The notes beneath the pieces were generated by a model, which was not told the DNA's origin, did not search any database, and saw only the letters and a program-made list of their open reading frames with translations. A stretch of DNA of 64,000 nucleotides from a virus: the IMG/VR virus record IMGVR_UViG_3300044680_000048, positions 1 through 64,000 of that record. One strand, given 5' to 3'. Position 1 is the stretch's first letter; each line of letters starts with the position of its first letter. The translations under genes and the position numbers were made by a program. Positions 36,803 through 46,854 of the stretch are shown here, in pieces.

Positions 36803-37429
36803 TTAAACCCTAATTATTGCAGTAACTTGGAGGATTGTAGTAGGACCAAGTGTTACCGGACTACCAAATACATACCTATCTAGATAATGACCAGAAGTTC
36901 CTGTATTAGTACCTGGGCAGGCTTTAGTATCATTGAGGGCAAATTCTTGGAAAGGTTGGTTAACATTTAGACTTACTGCCCCATTCCATTGAGCCATAAC
37001 TGCCCATTGGTAATAATAAGCATAAGGAGGAGAATAGGTGGAATCACTGAAAGAGCTTGCCGTAACAACCTTTGCGGAAGTTAAAGGAGAAGTTCCATCT
37101 GTATTAGTAAGAGCGGCACGGTTAGTATCAGCTATGAGTTCATACACTAACTGGGTCTGAGTATGCACTGCTGAGGTTGAAGAAGCTCCGGCAGCCATAA
37201 AAGCAATATTACCACTTCCGGCAAGAGCAAATAGGGTATTACCCATAAAGGCCCTACCAACATCTAAGATAACATTAAGGTTATCTTCAGTATCTATCTT
37301 AGGGTCATGCCAGAGTTCTGTATTTAGAACTTTCCCGTTTTCATCATAGTCAATTCTGTTATTAGGACCGGCATCATATAGACGACCATACCATTGTACT
37401 ATTTGACCATGATCTGCTTTAGTAGACAT
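36803..37429 (-). CDS. tail/baseplate structural protein (208 aa)
   Basis: ORF track; position. Confidence 0.55.
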   Translation of the reverse strand: MSTKADHGQIVQWYGRLYDAGPNNRIDYDENGKVLNTELWHDPKIDTEDNLNVILDVGRAFMGNTLFALAGSGNIAFMAAGASSTSAVHTQTQLVYELIADTNRAALTNTDGTSPLTSAKVVTASSFSDSTYSPPYAYYYQWAVMAQWNGAVSLNVNQPFQEFALNDTKACPGTNTGTSGHYLDRYVFGSPVTLGPTTILQVTAIIRV

Positions 37430-37460
37430 TATAATTCCTATTTAGACTAGTAGAATTCTA

Positions 37461-38330
37461 TCAAAACCGGGCTGCAACGGCAGCAGAGAAGCTCACGGCA
37501 AGGTTATAGAAGCTTGTGGCAACTCCTCCTAAAGTTCCTACGGGCATAGTGACCTGAGCCCAGAATTTCCGGGCTTGAACTTGTACTGTTTCCCCAATTG
37601 AATGGTTATAGTTTAACCCCGTAATGGTAAATGTACTTCCACTTATAGCCGTAACCTGGACATATTCAACTGTTGTACCCCCAGGATTTATTATTAAGTA
37701 GTCTCCGGGATAGAAGGTTCCATTAGTTCCAGAAGCTAGGTAAACCTGTATAGTTGTATTGAGGGCAGAAGCTGCGGCAGTTAGAGTTGTAGTAGCTGAG
37801 ATGGAATCTGTATAGATAGTAGCCCCAGTAGCTGCTAGGGTTCCTATAGAACCATCCACATTAGCACAGGCTAATTGTGTCCACATAAGCTGAGCACCAG
37901 CAGCAGATACCAGATTTTGAAAGAATATGGGGATTCCGGGAACACCTGGAGGGGGGAGATAGGCATTAACAGCTATATCCGCTCCATCATCTGCAAGATA
38001 GAAAGGAACTTGAATTGCATTAGCGTTGCCGGAAACACCTGCAACAGTAGTTTGGTCCCAAACAGGAAAGGGAAGACTGGCACTACTAGGAGCAATACCC
38101 TGTGATCCATTAGGAGGAGCACCAGTAAGTAATATTTGACTATTACTAGGAGTAACAAATCCACCCAAGGTTCTAATATAGTTTACTAAGTCAAATTGAA
38201 CTACACCCGCAAGAGTAGCTGCTGTATTATATTCTAGGGGAAATAACGTAGCTGAACCTGTACCTATAAACGTATCAGTCTCCCCGATTGGGGCAATAAA
38301 TGGAAAGCTAGGATAGAGGTTAAGAGACAT
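37461..38330 (-). CDS. tail/baseplate structural protein (289 aa)
   Basis: ORF track; position. Confidence 0.55.
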   Translation of the reverse strand: MSLNLYPSFPFIAPIGETDTFIGTGSATLFPLEYNTAATLAGVVQFDLVNYIRTLGGFVTPSNSQILLTGAPPNGSQGIAPSSASLPFPVWDQTTVAGVSGNANAIQVPFYLADDGADIAVNAYLPPPGVPGIPIFFQNLVSAAGAQLMWTQLACANVDGSIGTLAATGATIYTDSISATTTLTAAASALNTTIQVYLASGTNGTFYPGDYLIINPGGTTVEYVQVTAISGSTFTITGLNYNHSIGETVQVQARKFWAQVTMPVGTLGGVATSFYNLAVSFSAAVAARF

Positions 38331-38352
38331 AGTAAGAGTTTACCTTTTCCCG

Positions 38353-38997
38353 CTAAGGAGTATCTGCCATATATGTGATACTGTCTAGGGTCATAGACCA
38401 ACTCTTGAGAATGAGGTTATTCCCGCCTCCTTGTGGAATATCATAATCTCCATCTACGACAAAATCCCTAATAAGTGCATTAGTAATAGTTCCGAAGGTA
38501 TTACTATAGAAGGTTAGTCCGGTAACATATAAATAACTAAAGGTCTCTGCCTGAAGACTAATTAATTCTTGATAAGAGACATTCCCGGTAGAGTACTTTT
38601 GATGAGCATCAAACCTGTCTAAGTTCTGTTTATGAAGATTGAAGAAATAATTAGCATTAGTGACATCCATATTAGTAGAAGTAGTTCCGGTCAAGGTATA
38701 TCTGTTAATTTGGAATTTTTTATAAATATTAGTAAGGTCACTATCATCTGGAGTTAGCGGACGGACACTTGTACTAACAGCTCCAGTAGAAGTTATCTGT
38801 GCCGGAACCCCATAGATCATCTGTACAATTACTGGAGCTGTTCCGGTATTCTCTAATGCCTTCTTGAGGGCTTCATGTTTAAACTCATTCCGTTCAAAGG
38901 TTTGGGTAATTATTTCTTCCTTTATATCATTGCAATAAAGGGTAGCGGCAGAACCGGAAAGGGTTAACATAACATAACTTTGCTCAGGCTTAATCAA
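38353..38997 (-). CDS. distal-tail-position protein (214 aa)
   Basis: First gene after the tape measure; positional inference only. Confidence 0.5.
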   Translation of the reverse strand: MIKPEQSYVMLTLSGSAATLYCNDIKEEIITQTFERNEFKHEALKKALENTGTAPVIVQMIYGVPAQITSTGAVSTSVRPLTPDDSDLTNIYKKFQINRYTLTGTTSTNMDVTNANYFFNLHKQNLDRFDAHQKYSTGNVSYQELISLQAETFSYLYVTGLTFYSNTFGTITNALIRDFVVDGDYDIPQGGGNNLILKSWSMTLDSITYMADTP

Positions 38998-39042
38998 AGT
39001 AAAGGAGTTCCGCCATTATTGACAATAGTTTAATTGTAGTCC

Positions 39043-42000
39043 TTAAGCAAATTGAGAGTTTAAACTAATAGATGCACCGGTTGATATGGCATCTACCAAG
39101 TCCGTCTTAGAGAGTTGGGAAAGGGTCTTAGAGTTAGTAGCAAGATCCTCCTTTACCCCTTTTATTGCTTCATCAAAGTCTTTCTTTTGTCTATCTTTAT
39201 ATTGGGAAGCTGATTCATTGGCTCTTTTTTCTCCGGTTTTATTAAATCGGTTAACAACTTTGTTGGCCTGTTTTTTTCTAGTATCCTCCGCTTCTTCTTC
39301 TGAGGGAAGACTAAAGTCAAATCCTGAATCTTTCAGTTGGTCTTTAATGTTATTAACTCCAGGATCAACTATTGTTTTTCGTAGAAATGCCTTAAGGGCA
39401 GGATTAGAATCCCCTAATTGAGAAGTGAATTCTTGAGCTTGCCGGAGAAAACTAAATTGTGCATTTAATCTCTCGGTAGGGATGTTAGCTTTCTCTCTTC
39501 GGTTCTTTTTCTGAGATATGTTAAATTCAGATTCAGTATCTGCGTCCTCTTCGGAGCCTCTAAGGTCACTATTCCTATTTAGGGCAGATTGATACTGCTT
39601 TTCAGCCCTATCTCTCTCAAACTGCTTACGAAAGGGATTTTCTAAACCATCTAAACCAGGAAGAAGCGTAGCAGCATTTAGCCTAGATTGGGCAGCATTA
39701 AGTCTATCTGAGAAATCAAACTGGTCTTCTGCGGACTCACCTTTAGCAAGACGACTTCCACCTTGGTCTATTCCAAGAACACCATTTAAAGCCTTCTGAG
39801 CTTCATTAATTTCCCTTTGACGGGTAATGTTATCAGCAATAGACTTATCTAGTGCCTCAAAGCTGTTTTTAGTAATATCTATAACCTTTACTAACCCTTG
39901 AAGTTCGCCAGGAAGCCCTTGGACACTTCCGCCAAGTTCAGAAACTCTATCGGCAGCTGTTAGAATATTTTCTTGTCTATTTAGATGTCTAAGTTCACGT
40001 TCATCCTTAAAATCTTCTTGGGCACGCCCAGTTCTCCTATAGGAAATATCAAGACTTTTGGTCTTATCATCTAGGTCAGCCATGGTATCTTTAAGCTTAG
40101 TAAACCCCTCAATTAGATTAAGGGTAGAACCATAAACATCTAGGGGAAGCTTTTCTTGGTCCCTTTTAAGTCCAGCAAGCTTAGTTTGTTCAGATCTAAG
40201 TTGAGCTTGGTCTTCTTCATTATTACCTGTTCCGTTTGCGACTCTTTTTTTAAGAAGTTCAATGTTAGCTTGAGCAGATTTAATTCCAGCAGCATCAGCG
40301 GCATTTCTTCCACTGAATGTGAAAGTATCAAATCCTTGGGCTCTAATGTTATTTCTCTTTATTTCTAGGTCAATGGACTCTCTAACTGTGCGGGTACCTT
40401 CTGCTATTATCTGTTTACGTTTAAGCTCAGATTCTGCGGAAGCATTGGAGACGGCATTATACTCTTCCGTACCCTTGGTAAGAGTCTTCAACCTTTCAGC
40501 TAAATTAGAAGAAATTTCAGTTTGGGTCTTTAGCCTAGCGTTAATGTCTTGTTGGGCAGCAGAATTCGCCTCTCTGGCTCCACCAATGGTACTCGTGTCA
40601 TAAAGCTTCTGATGTTCTGACTGTAGTGAGGTTTGTCCCTCTTCTATCAAATTGAGAAGAGGTGTTCTCTTGCTTAATTGTTGTTCTTTAGAGAGCCTAG
40701 TTAAACCTGCCAGTCCAGCAGTTGCAGCAGCTATCTGACTAAATGGGTTTTTGCCGGAACTGGCTATAGAGGTAGAATCAAATTTATCTAAATCTTCGGG
40801 CTTAAGTCCATAATCTGCTAATATGTTGTTAAATTTAGCTAGGGGGTTCAACCCTGATTGGAGTCCTGGAGATGTATTCTTGAGATTACCAACATTACCC
40901 CCCGCAGCTTTTAACTTAGCGAGTTGTGCAGCATTAGTTTGCAGCCTCCCGATCTGATTATCTTCTTCTATATCCGCATTGACTTTATCACCAATGCCAG
41001 GAAAAAATGTATTGAGGGCTACACTGTTTTGAACTCCTAGTCCTTTCAAAACGGGATTGTTGCGAATAGTTTCTGAAATTAAGTTCTGTGTATTGGTGTT
41101 ATTTTGTCCTGTTTGTTCAATTAATTTAATAACAACAACAGTAGCAGTGGAGCTAAGATTTCCTATTGCAGCCGCTAAATTTTGAAGATTTTTAGTAATA
41201 GAAGGGTTGGAAATGAACTCATTGAACGCCTTAAGTCCTGGAAGGAGTGCCTTATTTAAGGATTCCCCAGCGTCTGCCTGGGCTGTATTTAGCTGAAACT
41301 GGGCCTTATAAATCTCTGTTAGGGGCTGATTACCATCTTTAATGGCTTGGTAAAACCCCCTTAGAGGTTCAATAGCCTTTTGAATATCTTCGGGAGTCCC
41401 GAAAGATAAAGCATTTTGTAAATCAGGGGCTAAAGCTTGGATAGTGGGTCCAACAGTTGTAGAACTTAATCTCTGTCCAGAACCAATATCACGTAACTCT
41501 CGTGCTTCTTTAGCTTCACCTAAATTGAAAGGCTTTAGGACTGCGGTCAAAACCGGTAGAACGTCCTTAAGTTCACCTTCGGTTGCTTTACCTCGCCTCC
41601 CCTCTTGATACGCCTGTGTTAGAAGAAATTCTTCTTTCCCTCCAACGCCTAGAGGAGCTAGTGCAACTCTAGCCGTCTTCTGAAAACGTGTGGCTATTCT
41701 CTCCTGCTCTCCTAATTGCTCAGCAGGAGATACTGGCTTACCATCTCTAGTAATTTCAGTAGTAGCTTGGAGAAGCCCTACAGTTCCAGCTACCGATTTC
41801 TCAAAATCAAGAGCTACTTCAGAGGCAGATTTAAGAGTATCGAATAACTTCTCAAAAGCTGCTGTAGTAGCAGATACAATAGAAGTTCCAGCCAGAACAC
41901 CCGTTGCTCCACCAAGAGTAGTAGCACCTATTGCTCCACCAATGGCATTAGCAGGACCCCCTAAAAGTCCTGAAAAGAATACAGCCTGTGCTGCTTCTTT

Positions 42001-42690
42001 ATCTTGAGTTAGTCTCTTTATATCAAAAGCTTTCCGGGAAGCTTGAAGCCGGGAAGGATCTAGTCCTTGAGCTAACTCTTCTCTTAAGGGGTTAAAAGAA
42101 AAAGCATCGGCAAGCCCTAACTTTTTATTCGCCTTAGTATACTTAAGATCTTCTGCATCGTTAAGGTCTCTCAATTTCTGAGCAGCAAGTTGAGAACGTC
42201 TAGCTTGAACCGCCTGATTTTCTGAATCCTTACGGAGAGTTTTTTGGATCTCCCCTAAAGGTTGATCTGTAAGACCAGTAGTAGAAGAAAAAGATCGAAT
42301 TCTTTGTAGCTGACTAGCGGCTATTGCCCTAGCTTGTGCAATTAAATTATCACCAATAACAGTATAGGCGGTTTCTACAGCCCTATTTAACACCTGTGGT
42401 GCAGCAGCCACAGGAGCATTACCAACTATTGGAGCATTACCTCCTGCGGGAACTCCATTATTATTTACATTTATTCGTAAACCATTCTGTGCAATATTAA
42501 GAAGTTGTCTTAACTCATCTCCTACAAAATTTAATCTAACATCAATGGTAATTCCGGTTCTAGCAGCAGCTAGAAGTTCTGCCAGTTGAGCATTAGGAGC
42601 CAAATTGGCAGTAACAGTAAGCCCTCTAAGTTGATCTTGGAGATCTGAAAGGTTACTGATCCTGGCTGTTATATCTATCTCTTTAGCCAC
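39043..42690 (-). CDS. tape measure protein (1215 aa)
   Basis: Very long, helical/coiled-coil, Ala/Gln/Leu/Lys-rich with Gly-rich hydrophobic stretch (GGPANAIGGAIGATTLGGATGVLAG); follows the G/GT chaperone region. Confidence 0.85.
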   Translation of the reverse strand: MAKEIDITARISNLSDLQDQLRGLTVTANLAPNAQLAELLAAARTGITIDVRLNFVGDELRQLLNIAQNGLRINVNNNGVPAGGNAPIVGNAPVAAAPQVLNRAVETAYTVIGDNLIAQARAIAASQLQRIRSFSSTTGLTDQPLGEIQKTLRKDSENQAVQARRSQLAAQKLRDLNDAEDLKYTKANKKLGLADAFSFNPLREELAQGLDPSRLQASRKAFDIKRLTQDKEAAQAVFFSGLLGGPANAIGGAIGATTLGGATGVLAGTSIVSATTAAFEKLFDTLKSASEVALDFEKSVAGTVGLLQATTEITRDGKPVSPAEQLGEQERIATRFQKTARVALAPLGVGGKEEFLLTQAYQEGRRGKATEGELKDVLPVLTAVLKPFNLGEAKEARELRDIGSGQRLSSTTVGPTIQALAPDLQNALSFGTPEDIQKAIEPLRGFYQAIKDGNQPLTEIYKAQFQLNTAQADAGESLNKALLPGLKAFNEFISNPSITKNLQNLAAAIGNLSSTATVVVIKLIEQTGQNNTNTQNLISETIRNNPVLKGLGVQNSVALNTFFPGIGDKVNADIEEDNQIGRLQTNAAQLAKLKAAGGNVGNLKNTSPGLQSGLNPLAKFNNILADYGLKPEDLDKFDSTSIASSGKNPFSQIAAATAGLAGLTRLSKEQQLSKRTPLLNLIEEGQTSLQSEHQKLYDTSTIGGAREANSAAQQDINARLKTQTEISSNLAERLKTLTKGTEEYNAVSNASAESELKRKQIIAEGTRTVRESIDLEIKRNNIRAQGFDTFTFSGRNAADAAGIKSAQANIELLKKRVANGTGNNEEDQAQLRSEQTKLAGLKRDQEKLPLDVYGSTLNLIEGFTKLKDTMADLDDKTKSLDISYRRTGRAQEDFKDERELRHLNRQENILTAADRVSELGGSVQGLPGELQGLVKVIDITKNSFEALDKSIADNITRQREINEAQKALNGVLGIDQGGSRLAKGESAEDQFDFSDRLNAAQSRLNAATLLPGLDGLENPFRKQFERDRAEKQYQSALNRNSDLRGSEEDADTESEFNISQKKNRREKANIPTERLNAQFSFLRQAQEFTSQLGDSNPALKAFLRKTIVDPGVNNIKDQLKDSGFDFSLPSEEEAEDTRKKQANKVVNRFNKTGEKRANESASQYKDRQKKDFDEAIKGVKEDLATNSKTLSQLSKTDLVDAISTGASISLNSQFA

Positions 42691-43136
42691 TAAATTGCTC
42701 CAAGGAAGTCATTCCAAGCATTATTCTGCCAGTCTTTAGTTGTATCCCCAGCACTTGAAGGGGTAAATCTTGCCACATCACTAATAGCAGATTTAGACCG
42801 CCGGAAATCCGTAGAGTCTAAATCTTGAGCAACTTCATCTAAAGTAGGTTTAGACTTCTGCCGGACTCCTCCAATAAAAGGATAAATAGTGGAGAAGTGG
42901 GTTACTTCTGGAAGGTATATAGAAACTTCAGCTCCATGAGAGCTGGAAGATAAACTTCGTTTAATATAATTCCGCAGTTCTTGAGTTCTTACCGGAACTT
43001 TAGACTGAAAGGCTTGGAGGGCAAGTTCTCCATACTCATTCCCTAACTCAATGGAGAGTTCAGCAAGAGTAGTAGGATTTAAATTCTTGGTTAAAGAGGA
43101 ATCAAAATTAATATTAATTTTTGCTAGGTCTGTCAT
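42690..43136 (-). CDS. hypothetical protein (148 aa) between chaperone and tape measure
   Basis: ORF track; start-stop coupling with the TMP gene. Confidence 0.55.
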   Translation of the reverse strand: MTDLAKININFDSSLTKNLNPTTLAELSIELGNEYGELALQAFQSKVPVRTQELRNYIKRSLSSSSHGAEVSIYLPEVTHFSTIYPFIGGVRQKSKPTLDEVAQDLDSTDFRRSKSAISDVARFTPSSAGDTTKDWQNNAWNDFLGAI

Positions 43137-43154
43137 ACCTATATTGTATACAAA

Positions 43155-43939
43155 TTACTCTTCGCCACCAAAGGCTTGGAAGATCTTACCGGCAGCTGCA
43201 AGAACGCCATGTTCAGACCCACTTGTGGTTTCCCCTTCTTCCCCTTTGTGGGCTAAGAGGGTAATAATTTCCATTAGGCGCCAACGGGGAAAGGAATCAA
43301 AAGAGTCCCAAGTGTTGAAATAAAATCCAGCAATATTTAACTCAAGGAATAGCTTATTATCTGCATCAATTTCTGCAATAGGGACAGGAGCCTGTATTTG
43401 CTTGAGAAGTTCAGAAAATCCGCTAATAGAATCACGGACTTTTTTAAACTCTTCTTCTAAAGCTAGTTTAGACTCCTTGGAGGTAAAAAAAGTACACCCA
43501 ATTCACACTCATTATTAATGAGAAGTTTGGCTAGAGCAAGTTTAGTTTTATCCCAGACACCCGCATCAAACCCTTCTTGAGTGACCTTAGCAGCTTGTCC
43601 AAACTGGTGGCCAAGGACGGAAAGGCAATCAAAGGCTAATTTCATAACATAAGATTCATTGTCTTCCGGCAAGACTCCATCTACGGCAGCTTGTTTCTCT
43701 TCCAAGATAGGGGTTATCCTTTCTTCATATTCAGCCATAGACTCATCTTCCAACTTAATCAAACGGGAAGAATATTCTTTATCTATTTCCCGAAGAGCTT
43801 TCTTCTGTTCTTCAAGCTTAGCATCGTGCTTAACTCCAACTTCTTTAATAGCCGCCCGAAGTTCCCTAGCCTTAGCTACAGTGATCATATCTGACTTGAT
43901 AACGAGTCTTTGGGCACCTAGAACAAATTCTGTATCCAT
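43155..43939 (-). CDS. tail assembly chaperone GT-like -1 frameshift product
   Basis: Hand translation: after T-TTT-TTA (43484-43490) the -1 frame stays open for ~110 codons (TSKESKLALEEEFKKVRDS...FQAFGGEE, stop 43155-43157) and has no start codon of its own near its 5' end. Confidence 0.65.
43463..43939 (-). CDS. tail assembly chaperone (G-like, 158 aa)
   Basis: Acidic helical protein immediately upstream of the TMP region; slippery heptamer near its 3' end. Confidence 0.7.
   Translation of the reverse strand: MDTEFVLGAQRLVIKSDMITVAKARELRAAIKEVGVKHDAKLEEQKKALREIDKEYSSRLIKLEDESMAEYEERITPILEEKQAAVDGVLPEDNESYVMKLAFDCLSVLGHQFGQAAKVTQEGFDAGVWDKTKLALAKLLINNECELGVLFLPPRSLN
43484..43490 (-). promoter_or_regulatory. 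programmed -1 ribosomal frameshift slippery site U UUU UUA
   Basis: Zero-frame codons CTT TTT TTA read on the minus strand; canonical X XXY YYZ. Confidence 0.6.
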
Positions 43940-43977
43940 TTATCCATCCTTATTGGGTAATCTAGTAGGTAGTTTAA

Positions 43978-44511
43978 CTAAAACGGACTAATGCCGGTTT
44001 GATTCATTAGAGTTATCAATGCTGAGTTAGCTTCTTTATGGAAGAGTTGGATAGTAGCGTCCCGCTGGTTCCAGAAAAAGTTTAGGGGAATATCTGTTTG
44101 TACTTTTTTACTTCTAACAATTTGCCAATTTACAATAACTTCACATTGGGGAATGAAAATACTGCTTCCGGAAGTATTAACTCCATCCCATAACAAGAGG
44201 GAATATTGTTGCCCAGAAGGAGGAGAATCTTGTGCTGCCGTAACCCAGTTAGACATTGCCAGGCAAATTGCCTGCGGATCATCGCTAATAAAGGTAAGGG
44301 AAACCTTGATTCCGGGAAGACCTTCTTGTACTGTTCCATTAACACAAGCTTTCCACCCAGACTTAGGAAGGTTATATCCTACCGTATAATTTCCCGTCCC
44401 AATAATATTCACTTGAGTTAGGGGAACTCCGGAAGCTCCATATTGACCCACATACATTGAAGTAAAGGGACCGAAAACAAATTTAAATACTGCCAAGAAA
44501 AAAATCCCCAC
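43978..44511 (-). CDS. tail tube / tail-module protein candidate (177 aa; true start possibly Met19)
   Basis: Position directly upstream of the chaperone, as for tube proteins; positional inference. Confidence 0.5.
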   Translation of the reverse strand: MGIFFLAVFKFVFGPFTSMYVGQYGASGVPLTQVNIIGTGNYTVGYNLPKSGWKACVNGTVQEGLPGIKVSLTFISDDPQAICLAMSNWVTAAQDSPPSGQQYSLLLWDGVNTSGSSIFIPQCEVIVNWQIVRSKKVQTDIPLNFFWNQRDATIQLFHKEANSALITLMNQTGISPF

Positions 44512-44554
44512 TTATTACAGTAGGGATTCTAACTTTTAGATTTTACTTAATTAG

Positions 44555-45478
44555 TTACTTTCTGCTGTAAGTGAATACAGTAGCTGAGTTATTAAACAAG
44601 TAATCTGATGGAACAGTGACAAAATGGTAGGGAGTAGGAGTTTGAGCTTTCTTGCTCCAGGCTTGTGTAATACTATCCAAATTCTTAAGGAAAAGGGAAG
44701 TAAACAGAACTTGTTCACTAACACCCGTCGCGGGGTCCGGAGGAGGAGTTACGATAAAGGGTCTGTTACCTTGGACAACAATTTGAGCAGTATTGGCCGC
44801 CAAATCCGCCTGTTGATAGACATGGCCATTTGCTGTAACTTGTGTATAGTCTCCGAAAGAGGCTCTACAGAAAGTCAAAACATCATTTGCCAGAACTTGA
44901 TACTGAACTTCAGCACTTCTACTAGAAATAGCATCAAAGTCAGCAGCATTGTTAGGACTGAATGTTACCTTGCCGGAAGGGTTAAATATGACATTAACCG
45001 TTTCCGTTGTAGGAGACTGTGTAACAAATTGGAAACCTTGCGGGTTTCTATCACCTAATTCTGGGTAAGAAGAGTTGGAACTAGAAGCTTGGAGGGTAGC
45101 AATTGGAATTTGAGTATATTGGGCCATTGGTTTAGCCTTAACTGTTACTACCATATCATTAATGGCATCTACAGCTACACACTCAGCTAGTTGGAATCCA
45201 CCTGAATTGGTCTTCAACCAAACACAGACAAAGGCCGCATTAGAAAAATTACTTGGCCAAGAGGCGTTAGATAAGTAAACATTTATAACGTTCTGTGAGC
45301 CAGTCAGAACGATGTTTCCGCTGGGACTAGTAGATACAGTGCTTGAATAACCATCAGTTGTAGTATCTTGTCCCGTGAGGGTTACTGCAACTTGGTAAGT
45401 ATCCGTCCGTAAAAGAGGAGCCCTAAAACTATTATAGAAAATGTTATCAGCTACGTAGCCACTGGCAACAAATGCCAT
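44555..45478 (-). CDS. major tail (or small sheath-like) protein candidate (307 aa)
   Basis: GAAGGA RBS; position two genes upstream of the chaperone; positional inference. Confidence 0.5.
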   Translation of the reverse strand: MAFVASGYVADNIFYNSFRAPLLRTDTYQVAVTLTGQDTTTDGYSSTVSTSPSGNIVLTGSQNVINVYLSNASWPSNFSNAAFVCVWLKTNSGGFQLAECVAVDAINDMVVTVKAKPMAQYTQIPIATLQASSSNSSYPELGDRNPQGFQFVTQSPTTETVNVIFNPSGKVTFSPNNAADFDAISSRSAEVQYQVLANDVLTFCRASFGDYTQVTANGHVYQQADLAANTAQIVVQGNRPFIVTPPPDPATGVSEQVLFTSLFLKNLDSITQAWSKKAQTPTPYHFVTVPSDYLFNNSATVFTYSRK

Positions 45479-45621
45479 TCCTTCTAAAGAGGGTATTGCT
45501 GATTGATTAGGTACACCAATTGCAACTCCGGCTGGACCTGCGCGAAAGGAAATTACTGAAATGGCCCTATACCCCGTATACGAGAAAGATTTGTTTTACA
45601 AATAGAATTGTAACTACAGGT

Positions 45622-46233
45622 TTAATATTTGAGTCTCTTTACTACTAATCTCTGGTAGAAGCAGTAAAAACGAACATAAAATTCTTTAGAGTCTTTCCCG
45701 ACAAGTCCATCCCAGTATGCTTTTACGTCTGATTGTGGATCTATAGTGAGGTCTGTAACAGGGATTTCCGGAATCCCGTTAACATTAGTTCCCCAGTTAT
45801 AGTCTATTAAGGATCTTATTCTTAGTTCCGCCAAGGCACATCTATCAGCATCAGCTTGAGAGACAGTTCCCCCAATCTTTAAGTAGATGAAGACTTCCGC
45901 AAACTCTGCTCCAGTAGCATTACTCTTAGGTCCTATATCTACAGGAGAGTCACATTGGTCCATTATTCTATTAGTTTGGACATCTATAGTCCTGCTTCCC
46001 GATTGACCAACTCCAAAGGAATCAGTTACCATTCCCGCCCATTGAGTATTTGTATAGCCGGAAGAGGGAGTTCCGGAAAGCCATATATCCTTTATACAGG
46101 TATAGAGATATGTAGGAACAGCTGAAGCAGCATTAAACTGTAGAGGATAAGCAGCTACATAACTAGAAGCGAAAAGTGTAGTAACGTCATTCCGCAAGAC
46201 ATCAGCAAGGCATTTACCTATTCCGGTAGACAT
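45622..46233 (-). CDS. virion structural protein (203 aa), head-tail joining/terminator position
   Basis: ORF track; coupled ATG/stop with the upstream gene. Confidence 0.5.
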   Translation of the reverse strand: MSTGIGKCLADVLRNDVTTLFASSYVAAYPLQFNAASAVPTYLYTCIKDIWLSGTPSSGYTNTQWAGMVTDSFGVGQSGSRTIDVQTNRIMDQCDSPVDIGPKSNATGAEFAEVFIYLKIGGTVSQADADRCALAELRIRSLIDYNWGTNVNGIPEIPVTDLTIDPQSDVKAYWDGLVGKDSKEFYVRFYCFYQRLVVKRLKY

Positions 46234-46853
46234 TATGTTCTATCCGCCTGTTCTAGGTTGAGGATACAAATATTATCCTTATAATCTACTAGGGTAATTT
46301 GCCATACATCATTGGACCCAACTCCAGGAGTTTGGTCTATTAATTTCATCCCTTCAACTATTCCGGCACGTTTATAAATTACTGCTCTTTTAGTAGGAGT
46401 ATTGAGGGAAGTAGTTTGAGCAGGAAAAGTATCCCTTCCGGCAATGAGATTAATGGAATACTCAAATAGGACATTAGAGTATATAGTATTCTGTCCATCA
46501 GTAATACTTCCGGTTTTAGTAGTCTTAAATCCTAGAAATTGATGCATTTCTGGGACTTGTAGCATGGTCATTACCGGAAAGTCATTAGTGGTGGTTTCTT
46601 GGATTATATAACCAGGAGAGAGGGAAGTTCTATCCCCACAGACTATGAATAACTCCATATCTCTATACTTATCTTGGGCAAATTTATCATTACAAGCTTC
46701 TACATGAAGCTTTCTTCCCGTCAAGTAGGGTTGAGGAGTTCCGTCCACCCTAGTGTATATGGGGGAAGAGATATTCCAATAGTAATCCCCGCCTGCCAAT
46801 TTGGCAGTCATTATCTTATAGGTATACTCTATTCGGCTTAGGCGGTTAGACAT
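46233..46853 (-). CDS. virion structural protein (206 aa)
   Basis: ORF track. Confidence 0.5.
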   Translation of the reverse strand: MSNRLSRIEYTYKIMTAKLAGGDYYWNISSPIYTRVDGTPQPYLTGRKLHVEACNDKFAQDKYRDMELFIVCGDRTSLSPGYIIQETTTNDFPVMTMLQVPEMHQFLGFKTTKTGSITDGQNTIYSNVLFEYSINLIAGRDTFPAQTTSLNTPTKRAVIYKRAGIVEGMKLIDQTPGVGSNDVWQITLVDYKDNICILNLEQADRT

Positions 46854-46854
46854 A

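Noticed and set aside
43051-43991. + strand ORFs 43051-43323, 43659-43991 and 43691-43894
   Set aside because: They are antisense to the chaperone G/GT coding region, and the apparent gap is explained by the -1 frameshift extension.
44555-45478. Calling the 307-aa protein a contractile sheath
   Set aside because: It is too small, and no recognisable sheath motifs were seen by eye. It is left as a major tail or sheath candidate pending HMM or structural analysis.
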